Below, in pieces: positions 38,008-48,012 of a DNA stretch of 64,000 nt. The notes under the pieces were generated by a model that was given only the letters and a program-made list of their open reading frames with translations, ran no database searches and was not told where the DNA came from. Where the stretch lies: positions 64,001 to 128,000 of the forward strand of contig CAVYSW010000011.1 in assembly GCA_963771275.1 (NCBI GenBank), written 5' to 3'. How positions within the stretch are numbered: the stretch's first letter is position 1; every line of letters starts with the position of its first letter. The translations under genes and the position numbers were made by a program. Source of the DNA: an uncultured Gemmatimonadales bacterium. Its GTDB lineage: Bacteria; Gemmatimonadota; Gemmatimonadetes; Gemmatimonadales; GWC2-71-9.

Positions 38008-39108
38008 TCACGTCCCGCCGAGCACCTTCCCACCGAGCGTCACCGGCTGCCGGCGCGTACCCCAGGCCCCGGGGGGCCCGTCGAACACGCCGGCGCATTC
38101 CGCTCGGCAGGCCACGCACCGCCCGTCGGCCGTGAGCGCCCATGCGTCGATCGTGTACCCGTCCCGCACGATCAACGGCGCGCCGCAGCCGTGGCAGTAC
38201 GTCGTGCCGCCCTCCAGGTCCCGCACATTCCCCGTGTAGACGTAGCGCGCGCCGTTCGCGCGGGCGATCTGCCGCGCCCGGCGTAGCGTCGCGGGCGGCG
38301 TGGGCGGCGCGTCGAACATCTTCCAGTCGGGATGGAACGCGGTGAAGTGGAGCGGCACGTCCGGGCCCAGCTCCTCGACCACCCAGCGGCTCAGCCCCTC
38401 CAGCTCCTCGTCCGTGTCGTTCTCACCGGGGATCACCAGGTTCGTGATCTCGAGCCAGACGTCGGTCTCGTGCCGGATGTAGCGCAGCGTCTCCAGCACC
38501 GGCTCGAGCCGCGCCGCGCACAGCTCGTGGTAGAACCGGTCGGTGAACGCCTTGAGATCGACGTTCGCCGCATCCATGTGACGGTAGAACTCGACCCGCG
38601 GCTCCGCGCACATGTAGCCCGCCGTCACCGCCACGGCACGGATCCCCCGCTCGTGGCAGGCCTGGGCCACGTCGATCGCGTACTCGTGGAAGATCACCGG
38701 ATCGTTGTACGTGAACGCGACGCTGCGGCAGCCGAGCCGCTCGGCGGCCGCCGCGATCCCCTCGGGCGAGGCACTGTCGGCCAGGGTGTCGATCTCGCGC
38801 GACTTGCTGATGTCCCAGTTCTGGCAGAAGCGGCAGGCGAGGTTGCAGCCCGCCGTGCCGAACGACAGGATCGGCGTCCCGGGCAGGAAGTGGTTGAGCG
38901 GTTTCTTCTCGACGGGATCCACACAGAACCCGCTCGAGCGCCCGTAGGTGGTGAGCACCACCTCGCCGCCCTCGCAGGCCCGTACGAAGCACATGCCCCG
39001 CTGCCCGTCGTGCAGCTTGCAGAACCGGGGGCAGAGATCGCACTGGACCCGGCCGCCCTCCAGCCGATGCCAGTACTTCGTCGGGACTACGGTGCCGGAG
39101 ATGGTCAT
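38008..39108 (-). CDS. amrS: AmmeMemoRadiSam system radical SAM enzyme
   Basis: VQCDLCPRFC, VDPVEKKPLNHFLPG, GCNLACRFCQNWDISK, FTYNDP, FHPDWKM, YVYTGNV. Confidence 0.92.
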   Translation of the reverse strand: MTISGTVVPTKYWHRLEGGRVQCDLCPRFCKLHDGQRGMCFVRACEGGEVVLTTYGRSSGFCVDPVEKKPLNHFLPGTPILSFGTAGCNLACRFCQNWDISKSREIDTLADSASPEGIAAAAERLGCRSVAFTYNDPVIFHEYAIDVAQACHERGIRAVAVTAGYMCAEPRVEFYRHMDAANVDLKAFTDRFYHELCAARLEPVLETLRYIRHETDVWLEITNLVIPGENDTDEELEGLSRWVVEELGPDVPLHFTAFHPDWKMFDAPPTPPATLRRARQIARANGARYVYTGNVRDLEGGTTYCHGCGAPLIVRDGYTIDAWALTADGRCVACRAECAGVFDGPPGAWGTRRQPVTLGGKVLGGT

Positions 39109-39338
39109 GCGCGTCCCCCGGACGGTGCGGCTCCTCTTCAAGGTTACGCCATGTGGGGGTGCAGGGATAGAGGGGATAGTACGGAGAGAAGGAGCAGAGG
39201 GGGAGAGGCCCGGTGGAGGTGCCAGGAGGCCGCTCAGAGCGGCCACTCGGCCCGTTCTGCCCGATGAAACGGGCAGCGCGCCCCGTCGCCCTCGCGCGAC
39301 AGACCGCGCCGAGTCGCGGCTTGAGCCGCATCCCAATG

Positions 39339-39414
39339 CCTCTCTGCCCCTCTGCCCCTCTCCTCTGCCGCTTCTACCGCTCCTGCCGCTCCTGCCGCTA
39401 CTGCCGCTACTGCC
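39339..39414. repeat. Short tandem repeats: 8-mer pyrimidine-rich units followed by 9-mer CTGCCGCTH x5
   Basis: ctgccgctt ctaccgctc ctgccgctc ctgccgcta ctgccgcta (39365-39409). Confidence 0.75.
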
Positions 39415-40981
39415 CGAAGACAATCCCCTGCGCCAGCGGCAGGTCCGTGCTCCAGTTGACCGTGTTGGTTTGGCGGCGCATGTAGACCTTCCATGCATCC
39501 GAGCCGGACTCGCGCCCGCCACCCGTCTCCTTCTCGCCGCCGAATGCGCCGCCGATCTCGGCGCCACTGGTCCCGATGTTGACGTTGGCGATGCCGCAGT
39601 CCGAGCCCCGCGCCGCCAGGAACGCCTCGGCCTCACGCACGTGCTCGGTGAAGATCGCCGAGGAGAGCCCCTGCGGCACCCCGTTGTGCAGCGCGATCGC
39701 CTGCCCGATCTCGGCCACCGCCTGCTGCGGCGTCGCGGCTTGCCTGCCGTAGGTGATGATGTAGAGGATCGGCGCGAACGTCTCCTCCTGGACGATCCCG
39801 TACTCGTTCTTCGCCGCCGCGATGCACGGCCGCACGTAGTGCCCGCCGGGATACTGCGGCCCGCTCAGCGTCTCGCCGCCGTAGAGCACCTCCCCACCCT
39901 CCTCCTTGAGCCGCTTCAGGGCGTGCTGCATGTCCCGCACGGCGTCCGGGGTCACCAGCGGGCCCATCAGCGTGCCCGTCTTCCGCGGATCGCCGATCGG
40001 AACCCCCTCGTACGCCTTCACCAGCCGGCGCACCAGCTCGTCCCTCACCGAGGCGTGCACGATGATGCGGCGCGTCGTGGTGCAGCGCTGGCCCGCCGTG
40101 CCCACCGCCCCGAACAGGATCGCCCGGAGCGCCAGGTCCAGATTGGCGCTTGGGCTGACGATGATGGCGTTGTTGCCGCCCAGCTCGAGAATCGTCCGGC
40201 CGAGTCGCTTGCCCACCACCTCGCCCACCCGGTACCCCATCTGCGAGCTGCCGGTGAACGAGATCAACGGGATGCGGCGGTCGTGCAGGATCTTCTCCCC
40301 CACCGTCGAGCCCTTGCCGATCACCAGGGAGAAGATGGCCGGGTCCACACCGTTCTCGACGCACACCTGCTGCGCGATCTTCGTGGTGGCGATCGCGGTG
40401 AGCGGCGTCTTGCTCGAGGGCTTCCACAGCACGGCGTCGCCGCACGCGCACGCGAGCGCCGTGTTCCAGCTCCACACGGCCGTGGGGAAGTTGAACGACG
40501 TGATCACGCCGACCACGCCGAGCGGGTGCCACTGCTCGAACATGCGGTGGTCCGGCCGCTCGGACTGGATCGTGAGGCCGTAGAGCTGCCGCGAGAGCCC
40601 CACCGCGAAGTCGCAGATGTCGATCATCTCCTGCACCTCGCCCTCACCCTCGGGCAGGATCTTCCCCATCTCGAGCGTCACGAGCGCACCCAGCTCGTGC
40701 TTCATCTCGCGCAGCCGGTTCCCCAGCTGGCGGATCAGGTCGCCGCGCCTGGGCGCCGGCACGTTGCGCCAGGTGAGAAACGCCTGGTGCGCCCGCTGGA
40801 GGATCTCCTCGTACTCGGCCTCGGTCACCTGCCTGACCGCCGCGATGCGCGAGCCATCGATCGGCGTGATGACGTCGAGCACCGGGCCCGAGCCGATCCA
40901 GTCGCCGCAGAATCCGCCGAGGTTCTGGTCCTCGATGCCGAGGGCCGCGAGCGCGTCGGGCCGTGCTGCCGTGGTCGTCAT
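39407..40981 (-). CDS. Aldehyde dehydrogenase, ALDH7/piperideine-6-carboxylate dehydrogenase type
   Basis: GEVQEMIDICDFAVGLSRQL, ITSFNFP, LELGGNNA, GTAGQRCTT, NIGTSGAEIGGAFGGEKETGGGRESGSD. Confidence 0.93.
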   Translation of the reverse strand: MTTTAARPDALAALGIEDQNLGGFCGDWIGSGPVLDVITPIDGSRIAAVRQVTEAEYEEILQRAHQAFLTWRNVPAPRRGDLIRQLGNRLREMKHELGALVTLEMGKILPEGEGEVQEMIDICDFAVGLSRQLYGLTIQSERPDHRMFEQWHPLGVVGVITSFNFPTAVWSWNTALACACGDAVLWKPSSKTPLTAIATTKIAQQVCVENGVDPAIFSLVIGKGSTVGEKILHDRRIPLISFTGSSQMGYRVGEVVGKRLGRTILELGGNNAIIVSPSANLDLALRAILFGAVGTAGQRCTTTRRIIVHASVRDELVRRLVKAYEGVPIGDPRKTGTLMGPLVTPDAVRDMQHALKRLKEEGGEVLYGGETLSGPQYPGGHYVRPCIAAAKNEYGIVQEETFAPILYIITYGRQAATPQQAVAEIGQAIALHNGVPQGLSSAIFTEHVREAEAFLAARGSDCGIANVNIGTSGAEIGGAFGGEKETGGGRESGSDAWKVYMRRQTNTVNWSTDLPLAQGIVFGQ

Positions 40982-41174
40982 AGGCCTGCGTCCATCTCAA
41001 GGTGGTGTAGGCCGGGGCGCCGCGCGTTTCGTGGTGGCGCCTCTGTCCGGGAAAGTTAGCCAGCCGCCGCGCCGCCGCACACGGCGGCCGCAGGTCGGTC
41101 GATCTGGCCAAGGTGGGTACACCGAGCCCAGAATTGAGGTACGCCGAGTTTCTCCCGTGCCCATTGGAGGACCC

Positions 41175-42359
41175 ATGCTCTCCCGCCCGGTGCTCTCTGC
41201 CTTCGCGCTCCTCTGCGGCATCGCGTTGCGGCCCGATTCCCTCGCGCCGCAGGCCAAGCCCCTCGACGGGCTCGCCGGGACCCCGCCGATGGGCTGGAAC
41301 AGCTGGAACAGGTTCGCCTGCGACGTGAGCGAACAGCTGATCCGCGAGACGGCCGACGCGATGGTGGCAAGCGGCATGCAAGACGCGGGGTATCACTATG
41401 TCGTGATCGACGACTGCTGGCAGCTGAGCCGCGACAGCCTCGGCAACGTCGTGGCCGATCCCCAGCGGTTTCCCTCCGGCATCAAGGCGCTCGCCGACTA
41501 CGTGCACGGCAAGGGCCTCAAGTTCGGGCTCTACTCGGACGCCGGGATGAAGACCTGTCAGGGACGGCCCGGCGGGCGGGGCTACGAGTTCCAGGATGCC
41601 CGGACCTACGCGGCGTGGGGCGTGGACTACCTCAAGTACGACTGGTGCCACCACGGGACCCAGAACGCCGAGGCGTCGTACCGCCTGATGCGGACGGCGC
41701 TGGACCAGGCCGGTCGCCCGATCACATTCAGCCTCTGCGAGTGGGGCAGCAACAAGCCGTGGCTCTGGGCCCGCGGCATCGGGCACCTGTGGCGCACCAC
41801 GGGCGACATCACCGACTGCTTCGACTGCGACAAGAACGGCTACGGCTGGGCAAGGATCCTCGATCTGCAGGTGGGGCTCGAGGCGTTCGCGGGCCCGGGC
41901 GGCTGGAACGACCCCGACATGCTCGAGGTGGGAAACGGCGGCATGACCGCCACCGAGTACCGCGGCCACTTCAGCTTCTGGGCGCTGCTCGCGGCGCCGC
42001 TCATGGCGGGGAACGACCTGCGAACGATGTCGGCCGAGACGCGGGACATCCTCACCAACCGCGAGGTGGTCGCCATCGATCAGGACCCGCTCGGCCGCCA
42101 GGGCCGCAAGGTGCGGGACGACGGCGACCAGGAGGTGTGGGCGCGCGAGCTGGCCGACGGGAGCCGCGCCGTGATTCTGTTCAACCGCGGCGCCCAGGAG
42201 ACGCGGATCGCCGCCAAGTGGCCGGAGATCGGCTACCCGGCGAAGGTGCCGGCCCTTGTGCGCGACCTGTGGGCACACCGCGACGTGGGGAGGCTCACGG
42301 GCAGCTACGAGGCTCTCGTACCGGCCCACGGCGTGGTGATGGTGCGCGTCACGCCATGA
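41175..42359 (+). CDS. Alpha-galactosidase, GH27 (secreted)
   Basis: TPPMGWNSWN, IDDCW, WGVDYLKYDWC, WRTTGDI, WNDPDMLEVG; GGAGG RBS. Confidence 0.95.
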   Translation: MLSRPVLSAFALLCGIALRPDSLAPQAKPLDGLAGTPPMGWNSWNRFACDVSEQLIRETADAMVASGMQDAGYHYVVIDDCWQLSRDSLGNVVADPQRFPSGIKALADYVHGKGLKFGLYSDAGMKTCQGRPGGRGYEFQDARTYAAWGVDYLKYDWCHHGTQNAEASYRLMRTALDQAGRPITFSLCEWGSNKPWLWARGIGHLWRTTGDITDCFDCDKNGYGWARILDLQVGLEAFAGPGGWNDPDMLEVGNGGMTATEYRGHFSFWALLAAPLMAGNDLRTMSAETRDILTNREVVAIDQDPLGRQGRKVRDDGDQEVWARELADGSRAVILFNRGAQETRIAAKWPEIGYPAKVPALVRDLWAHRDVGRLTGSYEALVPAHGVVMVRVTP

Positions 42360-42514
42360 CGGGCACGTCCCTCACCCCGCCTCTCCCTCTGTGCGCGAGG
42401 TCACCGCAGACTATTGCGCTCAGAACCGGGCGACATACTGTAGGACACGGTCCCGGCGAGACGGCCGGGCACGCGGGGATCACCGCGGGCGCCACCACTA
42501 CGCGGGAGGTAGCG

Positions 42515-43048
42515 ATGCATCGGAAGGCCCTGGGGATCGTCCTGGCGGCGCTGCTCGTGAGCGCCGGTCCGGTTTCGGCACAGGGAATCAAGTTCATGCT
42601 CGGCGGGGGCCTCACGGTCCCGGTCAGCGACTACAAGAACGTGGATGGCGCCCAGAATGGCTGGATGGGGATGCTTGGCGCCGCGGTGTCCTTCCCCGTG
42701 CTGCCGATCGGCGTGCGGCTCGAGGGCCTCTACGGTCAGAACCCGCACACGGGCACCGCGACCGACAAGACCCTCCTGTACGGCGGTGCGGCCAGTGTCG
42801 TGCTCAAGTTCGGCATCCCGGGTCCGCTGAGTCCCTACATCATCGGCAGTGCCGGGTACCTGGATCACCACTACTCGCCGGGCGATACCGGCAACCCCTC
42901 CACCGACGAATGGAAGGCGCTGTACGGTGGCGGCGTCGGGTTGAGCCTCAGCTTCGTCGTGATCGGCGCGTTCATCGAGGGACGGTATCTGGCGCGCAGC
43001 AGCACGCGCTTCATCACGGCGATGGGCGGCCTGCAGATCGGCATCTAA
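42515..43048 (+). CDS. Small outer-membrane beta-barrel protein (OmpA-like membrane domain)
   Basis: Signal peptide ending VSAQ, about 8 amphipathic strands, SPYIIG, FIEGRY; GGAGG RBS. Confidence 0.72.
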   Translation: MHRKALGIVLAALLVSAGPVSAQGIKFMLGGGLTVPVSDYKNVDGAQNGWMGMLGAAVSFPVLPIGVRLEGLYGQNPHTGTATDKTLLYGGAASVVLKFGIPGPLSPYIIGSAGYLDHHYSPGDTGNPSTDEWKALYGGGVGLSLSFVVIGAFIEGRYLARSSTRFITAMGGLQIGI

Positions 43049-43069
43049 ACGGCAGCCGCCGAACGCCAA

Positions 43070-43098
43070 CGAGCCCCACCCGCACCGGATGGGGCTCG
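43070..43098. terminator. Hairpin between convergent genes
   Basis: cgagcccca...tggggctcg stem. Confidence 0.5.
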
Positions 43099-43134
43099 CG
43101 TCGCTTCAGCACCAGTGGTGCTTGCGTCGGGCGC

Positions 43135-44776
43135 TCAGGACCCCGGTCGCGCGCGGACCAGCCGCCCCAAGAGCCGGGAGAGCGTGTCTTCGGGCACGCT
43201 GCCGCGCACGTTGACCTGGTAGCTCCAGTACCGCCGCGCCCCGACCACGTCGCCGAACATGCTCATGACCTGGGGCGTGCCGAGCCCGATCGAATCCGAG
43301 CCCGGCGGGACCGGCACGGCCGTGAGCACGAGCGCCTCACCGCTGGACAGTCGCTGCACCACCCGGTGGCCGGCGCGCCCGTCCATGACGATCTCACTCA
43401 CGCTGTCGATCGGCAGTCCGTCGATCGCGACGAACACACCGGTCACGCTGGCACCCTCCGGCAGCTGCACCGTGACGGGTGCCGGCGGGGCGGGAACCCG
43501 ACGGGGCGCCGGGGTGGGGGTGGCCGCCGGGGCCGGCGGCCCCGGCGCGGGTCGGGAGACCGGCGGGGGCGCCGCCCGCGCCGTGTCCGGGCCGGGAGGC
43601 GCCGCGGCGCGTCCCGTGTCGGTCGGGAGCCGCCTGCGCGACCGGCGCCGGGGCAGCTACCGACTCGGCCGGAGCCGCAGTGGGCCGGGGGGGAACCGTG
43701 GTCGTCGCCTGCTGCCCAGGCTCGCGTCCGCCGGTCCTGGACCGCTTGCCCAGGGTGAGTACGAGTCCAACTGTCACGAGCACGACGGCAGCCACTCCCC
43801 CGCCGATCCACAGCAGGCGCCCCTTGTGCGCCTGCCGCTCCGCCACGACCACCCTGCCACCGGTGGGGCCGGTCTTGGTCACGACCTTCGCGACGGGCCG
43901 TCGCTCCGGCGCCGGCGGACTCGATTCCCGCGCGGTCGGTGGGCGCTCAGGCTCGGCAGCACGGTGCGGCCCACTGGCGCGGGCTCGGCGCTCCGACGGC
44001 GGCGCGAACGGCCCCGGCTCCAGCTGAATCGGCGGCGACTCGCGCGGCGGAGGGGGCGCGGGCGGCGGAGGGGGCGCGAACCGGGGCTGCGCAGGGACCT
44101 TCGCCACCGGGACATCCGCCCGAGCAACCGGCGGTTGTTCAGCCCGCCGCTTCCCGCCTTGCGCACCAGCGTCAAACTGGGGCTCCGTGATCAGGCCGAT
44201 TCCGGCCGGCTGGATCGGCGGCTTCCCGGGTGGCGTTCCCACCAGCGGGGGCGGCGCTTCCGCCCGCACCGGGGCCGCGGGTGCGACCGGTTTGCCATCC
44301 AGCTCGGCCAGGGCGTCCTGAATGCCGCGGCGAGCTTCGTCATCCGGCCGGTCGACCACCCCTTGGAGCCGTACGAAGGCTTCCGGCTGCTTCACGCGCT
44401 TGGCGTACTCCTGCAGCACCGCCACCGCCGCCTGGAGCTGGCCGCCGGCGACGAGCCGGTCGGCGTACTCGCGGAACAGGCCGACGCGGCTCTCATCCAC
44501 CCGCACGATCTTGTGGCACAGCGAGATGATGGTCTTGGCGGATCCCGTCTGCACGTAGTGGCCCGCCGCCCGCTCGTACATCGAGATGGCCCACGTAGGG
44601 TTGCCAAGCTTGAGCGAGAGATCTCCTACCTTGACGTAGAGCGGGAGCTCGTGCTTGATGGCCGGGGTCCGCTCGAGGTGGTTGAGGATGTGGCGGTAGA
44701 TCGCCAGCGCCTCGCTCACCTTGCCTTGCTGTTCGAGCGCGCGAGCGCGCTCCTTGAGCTCAGAGACTTTCGCCAC
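43135..44776 (-). CDS. Membrane protein with N-terminal TPR region, Pro-rich linkers, single TM and C-terminal domain; +1 frameshift near 43626
   Basis: TPR-like N-terminus and TM LLWIGGGVAAVVLVTVGLVL. Removing one base in the GGG at 43625-43627 joins it stop-free to the 43135-43470 ORF. Confidence 0.65.
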
Positions 44777-44930
44777 GGTCCGCTTCCGTCGAAGGCGACG
44801 CGTTGGGGGCAGCGTGTCGTATCCAAAACTATGCCTTCGCCGGTGGCCCGCAACCGGAAACCGGTGGGCGGGCGGCGCCTGGAGGACCGGGAAGGCCCCC
44901 GGGGCGCCGGTCCCGCGCCGCCGGACGGTG

Positions 44931-45626
44931 CTACTTCTCGATGCCGAGCAGCTCGACCTCGAACACGAGGGTAGCGGCGGGCGGGATGTCCGGAGGCGAC
45001 CCGGCGTCGCCGTACGCCAGCGACGCGGGCAGCACCACGCGGTACTTGCTGCCCACCGGCATCAGCTGGATCGCCTCACTCCACCCCGGGACGACTTCGT
45101 TCACCGCGAAGATCGCCGGCTCGCCGCGCGTGTAGGAGTTGTCGAACTCCTTGCCGTCGATCAGCGTCCCACGATAGTGGACCCGGACCCGGTCGGTGGT
45201 CTTGGGGCGTGGGCCGGTCCCGGCCGTCAGGACCTCGTACTGCAGGCCGCTCGCGGTCGTCTGCACACCGGCACGCTTGGCGTTCTCCGCCAGGTAGGCC
45301 TCCCCCGCCGCGCGGTTCGAGTCCCCCTGGACCTTGCGCTGGTTCATCACGTGTTCCTGGAGCTGACTCATGAAACTCTGGAGAATCCGGCCGGCGTCCG
45401 CCTGGGACAGCCGGGCGGTGCGCCCCTCGGCCGCGTCTTCGAGACCTGCCTTGAGGGCGGCGAGCTCGACCCGGCTACGGACCTCGCGCAGCGAGCCTCC
45501 CATGTTCATCCCGATCGCGTAGCTGGCGCTGTCCGCGAAAGTGGCCAGAGTCGCCTGACGCTGACCCGCACATGCGGCAGACACCAGCATGAGGGCCATG
45601 GCTCCGACCCGGTCCTGAAGGCGCAT
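44931..45626 (-). CDS. fkpA: FKBP-type peptidyl-prolyl isomerase (FkpA/Mip type, probable lipoprotein)
   Basis: SYAIG, TTASGLQYEVL, VHYRGTLIDGKEFDNS, VVPGWSEA, LAYG, TLVFEVELL. Confidence 0.9.
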   Translation of the reverse strand: MRLQDRVGAMALMLVSAACAGQRQATLATFADSASYAIGMNMGGSLREVRSRVELAALKAGLEDAAEGRTARLSQADAGRILQSFMSQLQEHVMNQRKVQGDSNRAAGEAYLAENAKRAGVQTTASGLQYEVLTAGTGPRPKTTDRVRVHYRGTLIDGKEFDNSYTRGEPAIFAVNEVVPGWSEAIQLMPVGSKYRVVLPASLAYGDAGSPPDIPPAATLVFEVELLGIEK

Positions 45627-45746
45627 TGTCACTCCATTGATTGACGGAAGAGCGCCGCTCCCCAGGGCCCCTGCGGTCCCGGCGGGCGGCGCGGGTTGGC
45701 TGCTGCGGAACATATCCCCGCGACCGGATGGTGTCTACGCGGTGCG

Positions 45747-47897
45747 TCACGCTTCGTCCGCCAGCAGCGCCTGGAAGCGGGGGTCCTCGCGCAGCCCGTC
45801 GAGATCGGGGTCGTTGCGGGCCCAGTTCCGATGCCAGAACCCGCCGCGCACGGCGTCGCGCAGGCACGCCATCGCGCGGTCCGCCTGTCCTTCGAGCGCG
45901 TAGAGGCAGGCGGCATTGTACGACACCCCGGCGTCCTCGGGGTCGATCGTCAGGGCCCGCTCGATCCACTCGAGGCCCTTGGCCGGCTCCCCGAGGCGGC
46001 ACAGGGCCACGGCGCCCATCGTGACGGCCCGCGCGTCGCCCGGGTTCAGCTCCAGGTGCCGCTCCGTCACGGCGAGCGACGTCCGGTACGCGGCGAGCGC
46101 CTCGGCGTCGCGGTGCAGCGCCGCGTAGGACTGCGCCGCGAAGAACCACGCCTGGTAGTCCTCCCGCACCTGCGCCGCGCGCGCGAACAGCTCAGCCGCA
46201 CGCTCGAGGCGCCCGCTCTGGAAGCAGGCCCGGGCGTAGAAGTAATGCGCCTCGAACGAGCCGGGATTCAACGCGATCGCCCGAAGGAACTCCCGCTCGG
46301 CGTCATCGAACCGGCCGCGGAGTGCCACGGCGAGGCCGCGGGCCGCGTGCGCTTCGGACGATCCGGGGTCGAGCTCGAGCGCGCGCTGGCTGGCGGCGTC
46401 GGCCTGCTCGAGGTCCACGGCGGCGCCGCCCCAGTACATGTGGAGGAACGAGCTGCAATCGGCGGCGCCGGCGTGTGCCGGCGCGTAGGCCTCGTCGACC
46501 GCGATGGCGCGCAGGAACATCTCGCGGGCGAACTCGATGCTCTTGCGCCGGAACTGGTGGAAGCACTGCCGCCCCCGGAGGTAGTACTCGTAGGCCCGCA
46601 CGTCGGGCGTGCGCACCCGATGGAGCCTGCCGGTCGCCCGCGCGTCGAACACGACCTGGAGCGCCTGCGCGATGCTCTGGGCGATCTGCTCCTGAATCAG
46701 AAAAACGTCCTGCATTTCCTTGTCGAACCGCTCGGCCCATAGCTGATAGCCGTCCTCCACGCTCACGAGCTCCGCCGTGACCCGGATCCGGTCGCCCGAC
46801 CGGCGCACACTGCCCTCGAGCACCGCCCCCACACCCAGGCGCCGGCCGATCGAGCGCACGTCGTCATGGCTGCCCTTGAACGCGAAGCTCGAGGTACGCG
46901 ACGCGACCCGCACGCCCGTCAGCCGACTCAGCGCGTTCGTGATCTCCTCGCTGATGCCGTCGCTCAGGTATTCGGCGTCGGGGCTCCCGCTCATGTTCGT
47001 GAAGGCGAGCACCGCGAGCGCCGTGGCCGGCGGGCCGGCGGGCTCTGTTTCCGTGGCTGTGAGGGCGCTCACGAAGTCGCCCGCGCTGGCGTAGCGGTCC
47101 GGCGCGGCCTTGGCCAGCGCCCGGGCCACGGCGCGCACCACCCCCGGCGCGAGGTCCGGTCGCACCGTGGCGAGCGGTGGGACGGGATCGGTGACGTGCC
47201 GCGCCATGACGGCTCGGGCGCTCGAGCCGTGGAACGGCGGCTCGCCCGCGAGCATCTCGTAGACCACGCACGCCAGGCTGTACACGTCGCTCCGGGGGTC
47301 GAGCTGTCGCTCGCCCGCCGCCTGCTCCGGGCTCATGTACTCCGGGGTGCCCGCCACGAAGCCCGCGGCGGTCAGCCGTCCGGGCTCGGCGGCGGACAGC
47401 GCCGTGGCGAGTCCGAAGTCCGTCACGACGGCGTGGCCCTCCTCGATCAGGATGTTCTCCGGCTTGATGTCGCGATGCACGACCCCTTGGCGGTGCGCAT
47501 GGTCGAGCGCCTCCGCGACGCCCTGGGCGACCTTGACGGTCTGCTCCAGCCCGAGCGGGCGCTCGCGCTCGAGCCACCTGCGGAGCGACTCGCCCGCGAC
47601 ATACGGCATCACGTAGTACAGCAGATCGCCGGCGGTTCCCGAATCATGCAGCGGCAGGATGTGAGGGTGCGCGAGGCGGGCCGAGATGGCGATTTCCTGC
47701 AGGAACCGGTCGACGCCCACCGACGCCGCCAGCTCCGGGCGCAGCACCTTGATGGCGACCGGGCGGTGGTGCTTCAGATCGTGGGCGAGGTAGACCGTCG
47801 CCATGCCGCCGCGGCCGAGCTCCCGCTCGATCCGGTAGCGGCCCGCGAGGCTCCTTTCGAGCTGCGCGAACAGATCGCGTGCCGTCGGGCCGGTCAT
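45747..47897 (-). CDS. Ser/Thr protein kinase with TolB-N-like and TPR domains
   Basis: LGRGGMATVY, VAIKVL, HRDIKPEN, DFG, GTPEYMSPEQ, AVLAFTNMS, TPRs. Start 47897 or 47909. Confidence 0.93.
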   Translation of the reverse strand: MTGPTARDLFAQLERSLAGRYRIERELGRGGMATVYLAHDLKHHRPVAIKVLRPELAASVGVDRFLQEIAISARLAHPHILPLHDSGTAGDLLYYVMPYVAGESLRRWLERERPLGLEQTVKVAQGVAEALDHAHRQGVVHRDIKPENILIEEGHAVVTDFGLATALSAAEPGRLTAAGFVAGTPEYMSPEQAAGERQLDPRSDVYSLACVVYEMLAGEPPFHGSSARAVMARHVTDPVPPLATVRPDLAPGVVRAVARALAKAAPDRYASAGDFVSALTATETEPAGPPATALAVLAFTNMSGSPDAEYLSDGISEEITNALSRLTGVRVASRTSSFAFKGSHDDVRSIGRRLGVGAVLEGSVRRSGDRIRVTAELVSVEDGYQLWAERFDKEMQDVFLIQEQIAQSIAQALQVVFDARATGRLHRVRTPDVRAYEYYLRGRQCFHQFRRKSIEFAREMFLRAIAVDEAYAPAHAGAADCSSFLHMYWGGAAVDLEQADAASQRALELDPGSSEAHAARGLAVALRGRFDDAEREFLRAIALNPGSFEAHYFYARACFQSGRLERAAELFARAAQVREDYQAWFFAAQSYAALHRDAEALAAYRTSLAVTERHLELNPGDARAVTMGAVALCRLGEPAKGLEWIERALTIDPEDAGVSYNAACLYALEGQADRAMACLRDAVRGGFWHRNWARNDPDLDGLREDPRFQALLADEA

Positions 47898-47951
47898 TGG
47901 GGGAAACATGGTCCCGCGGGCACGGTCCCGCAAAGGCACCGGGGCGGCGAC

Positions 47952-47997
47952 TTGACAGAATCAGACCCATTGTTCAAAGTTTTAACCTGTATTCAAA
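47952..47997 (+). promoter_or_regulatory. Candidate promoter/operator of the TetR-benzoyl-CoA operon
   Basis: TTGACA at 47952-47957 in an AT-rich patch; TTCAAA at 47973 and 47992; weak -10. Confidence 0.4.
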
Positions 47998-48012
47998 TTG
48001 TCGAGGCGGGGC

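Noticed and set aside
39109..39636. N-terminal extension of the radical SAM ORF with GSSGRS repeats
   Set aside because: It arises from intergenic 9-mer repeats and overlap with the ALDH gene; the family-typical start is ATG 39108.
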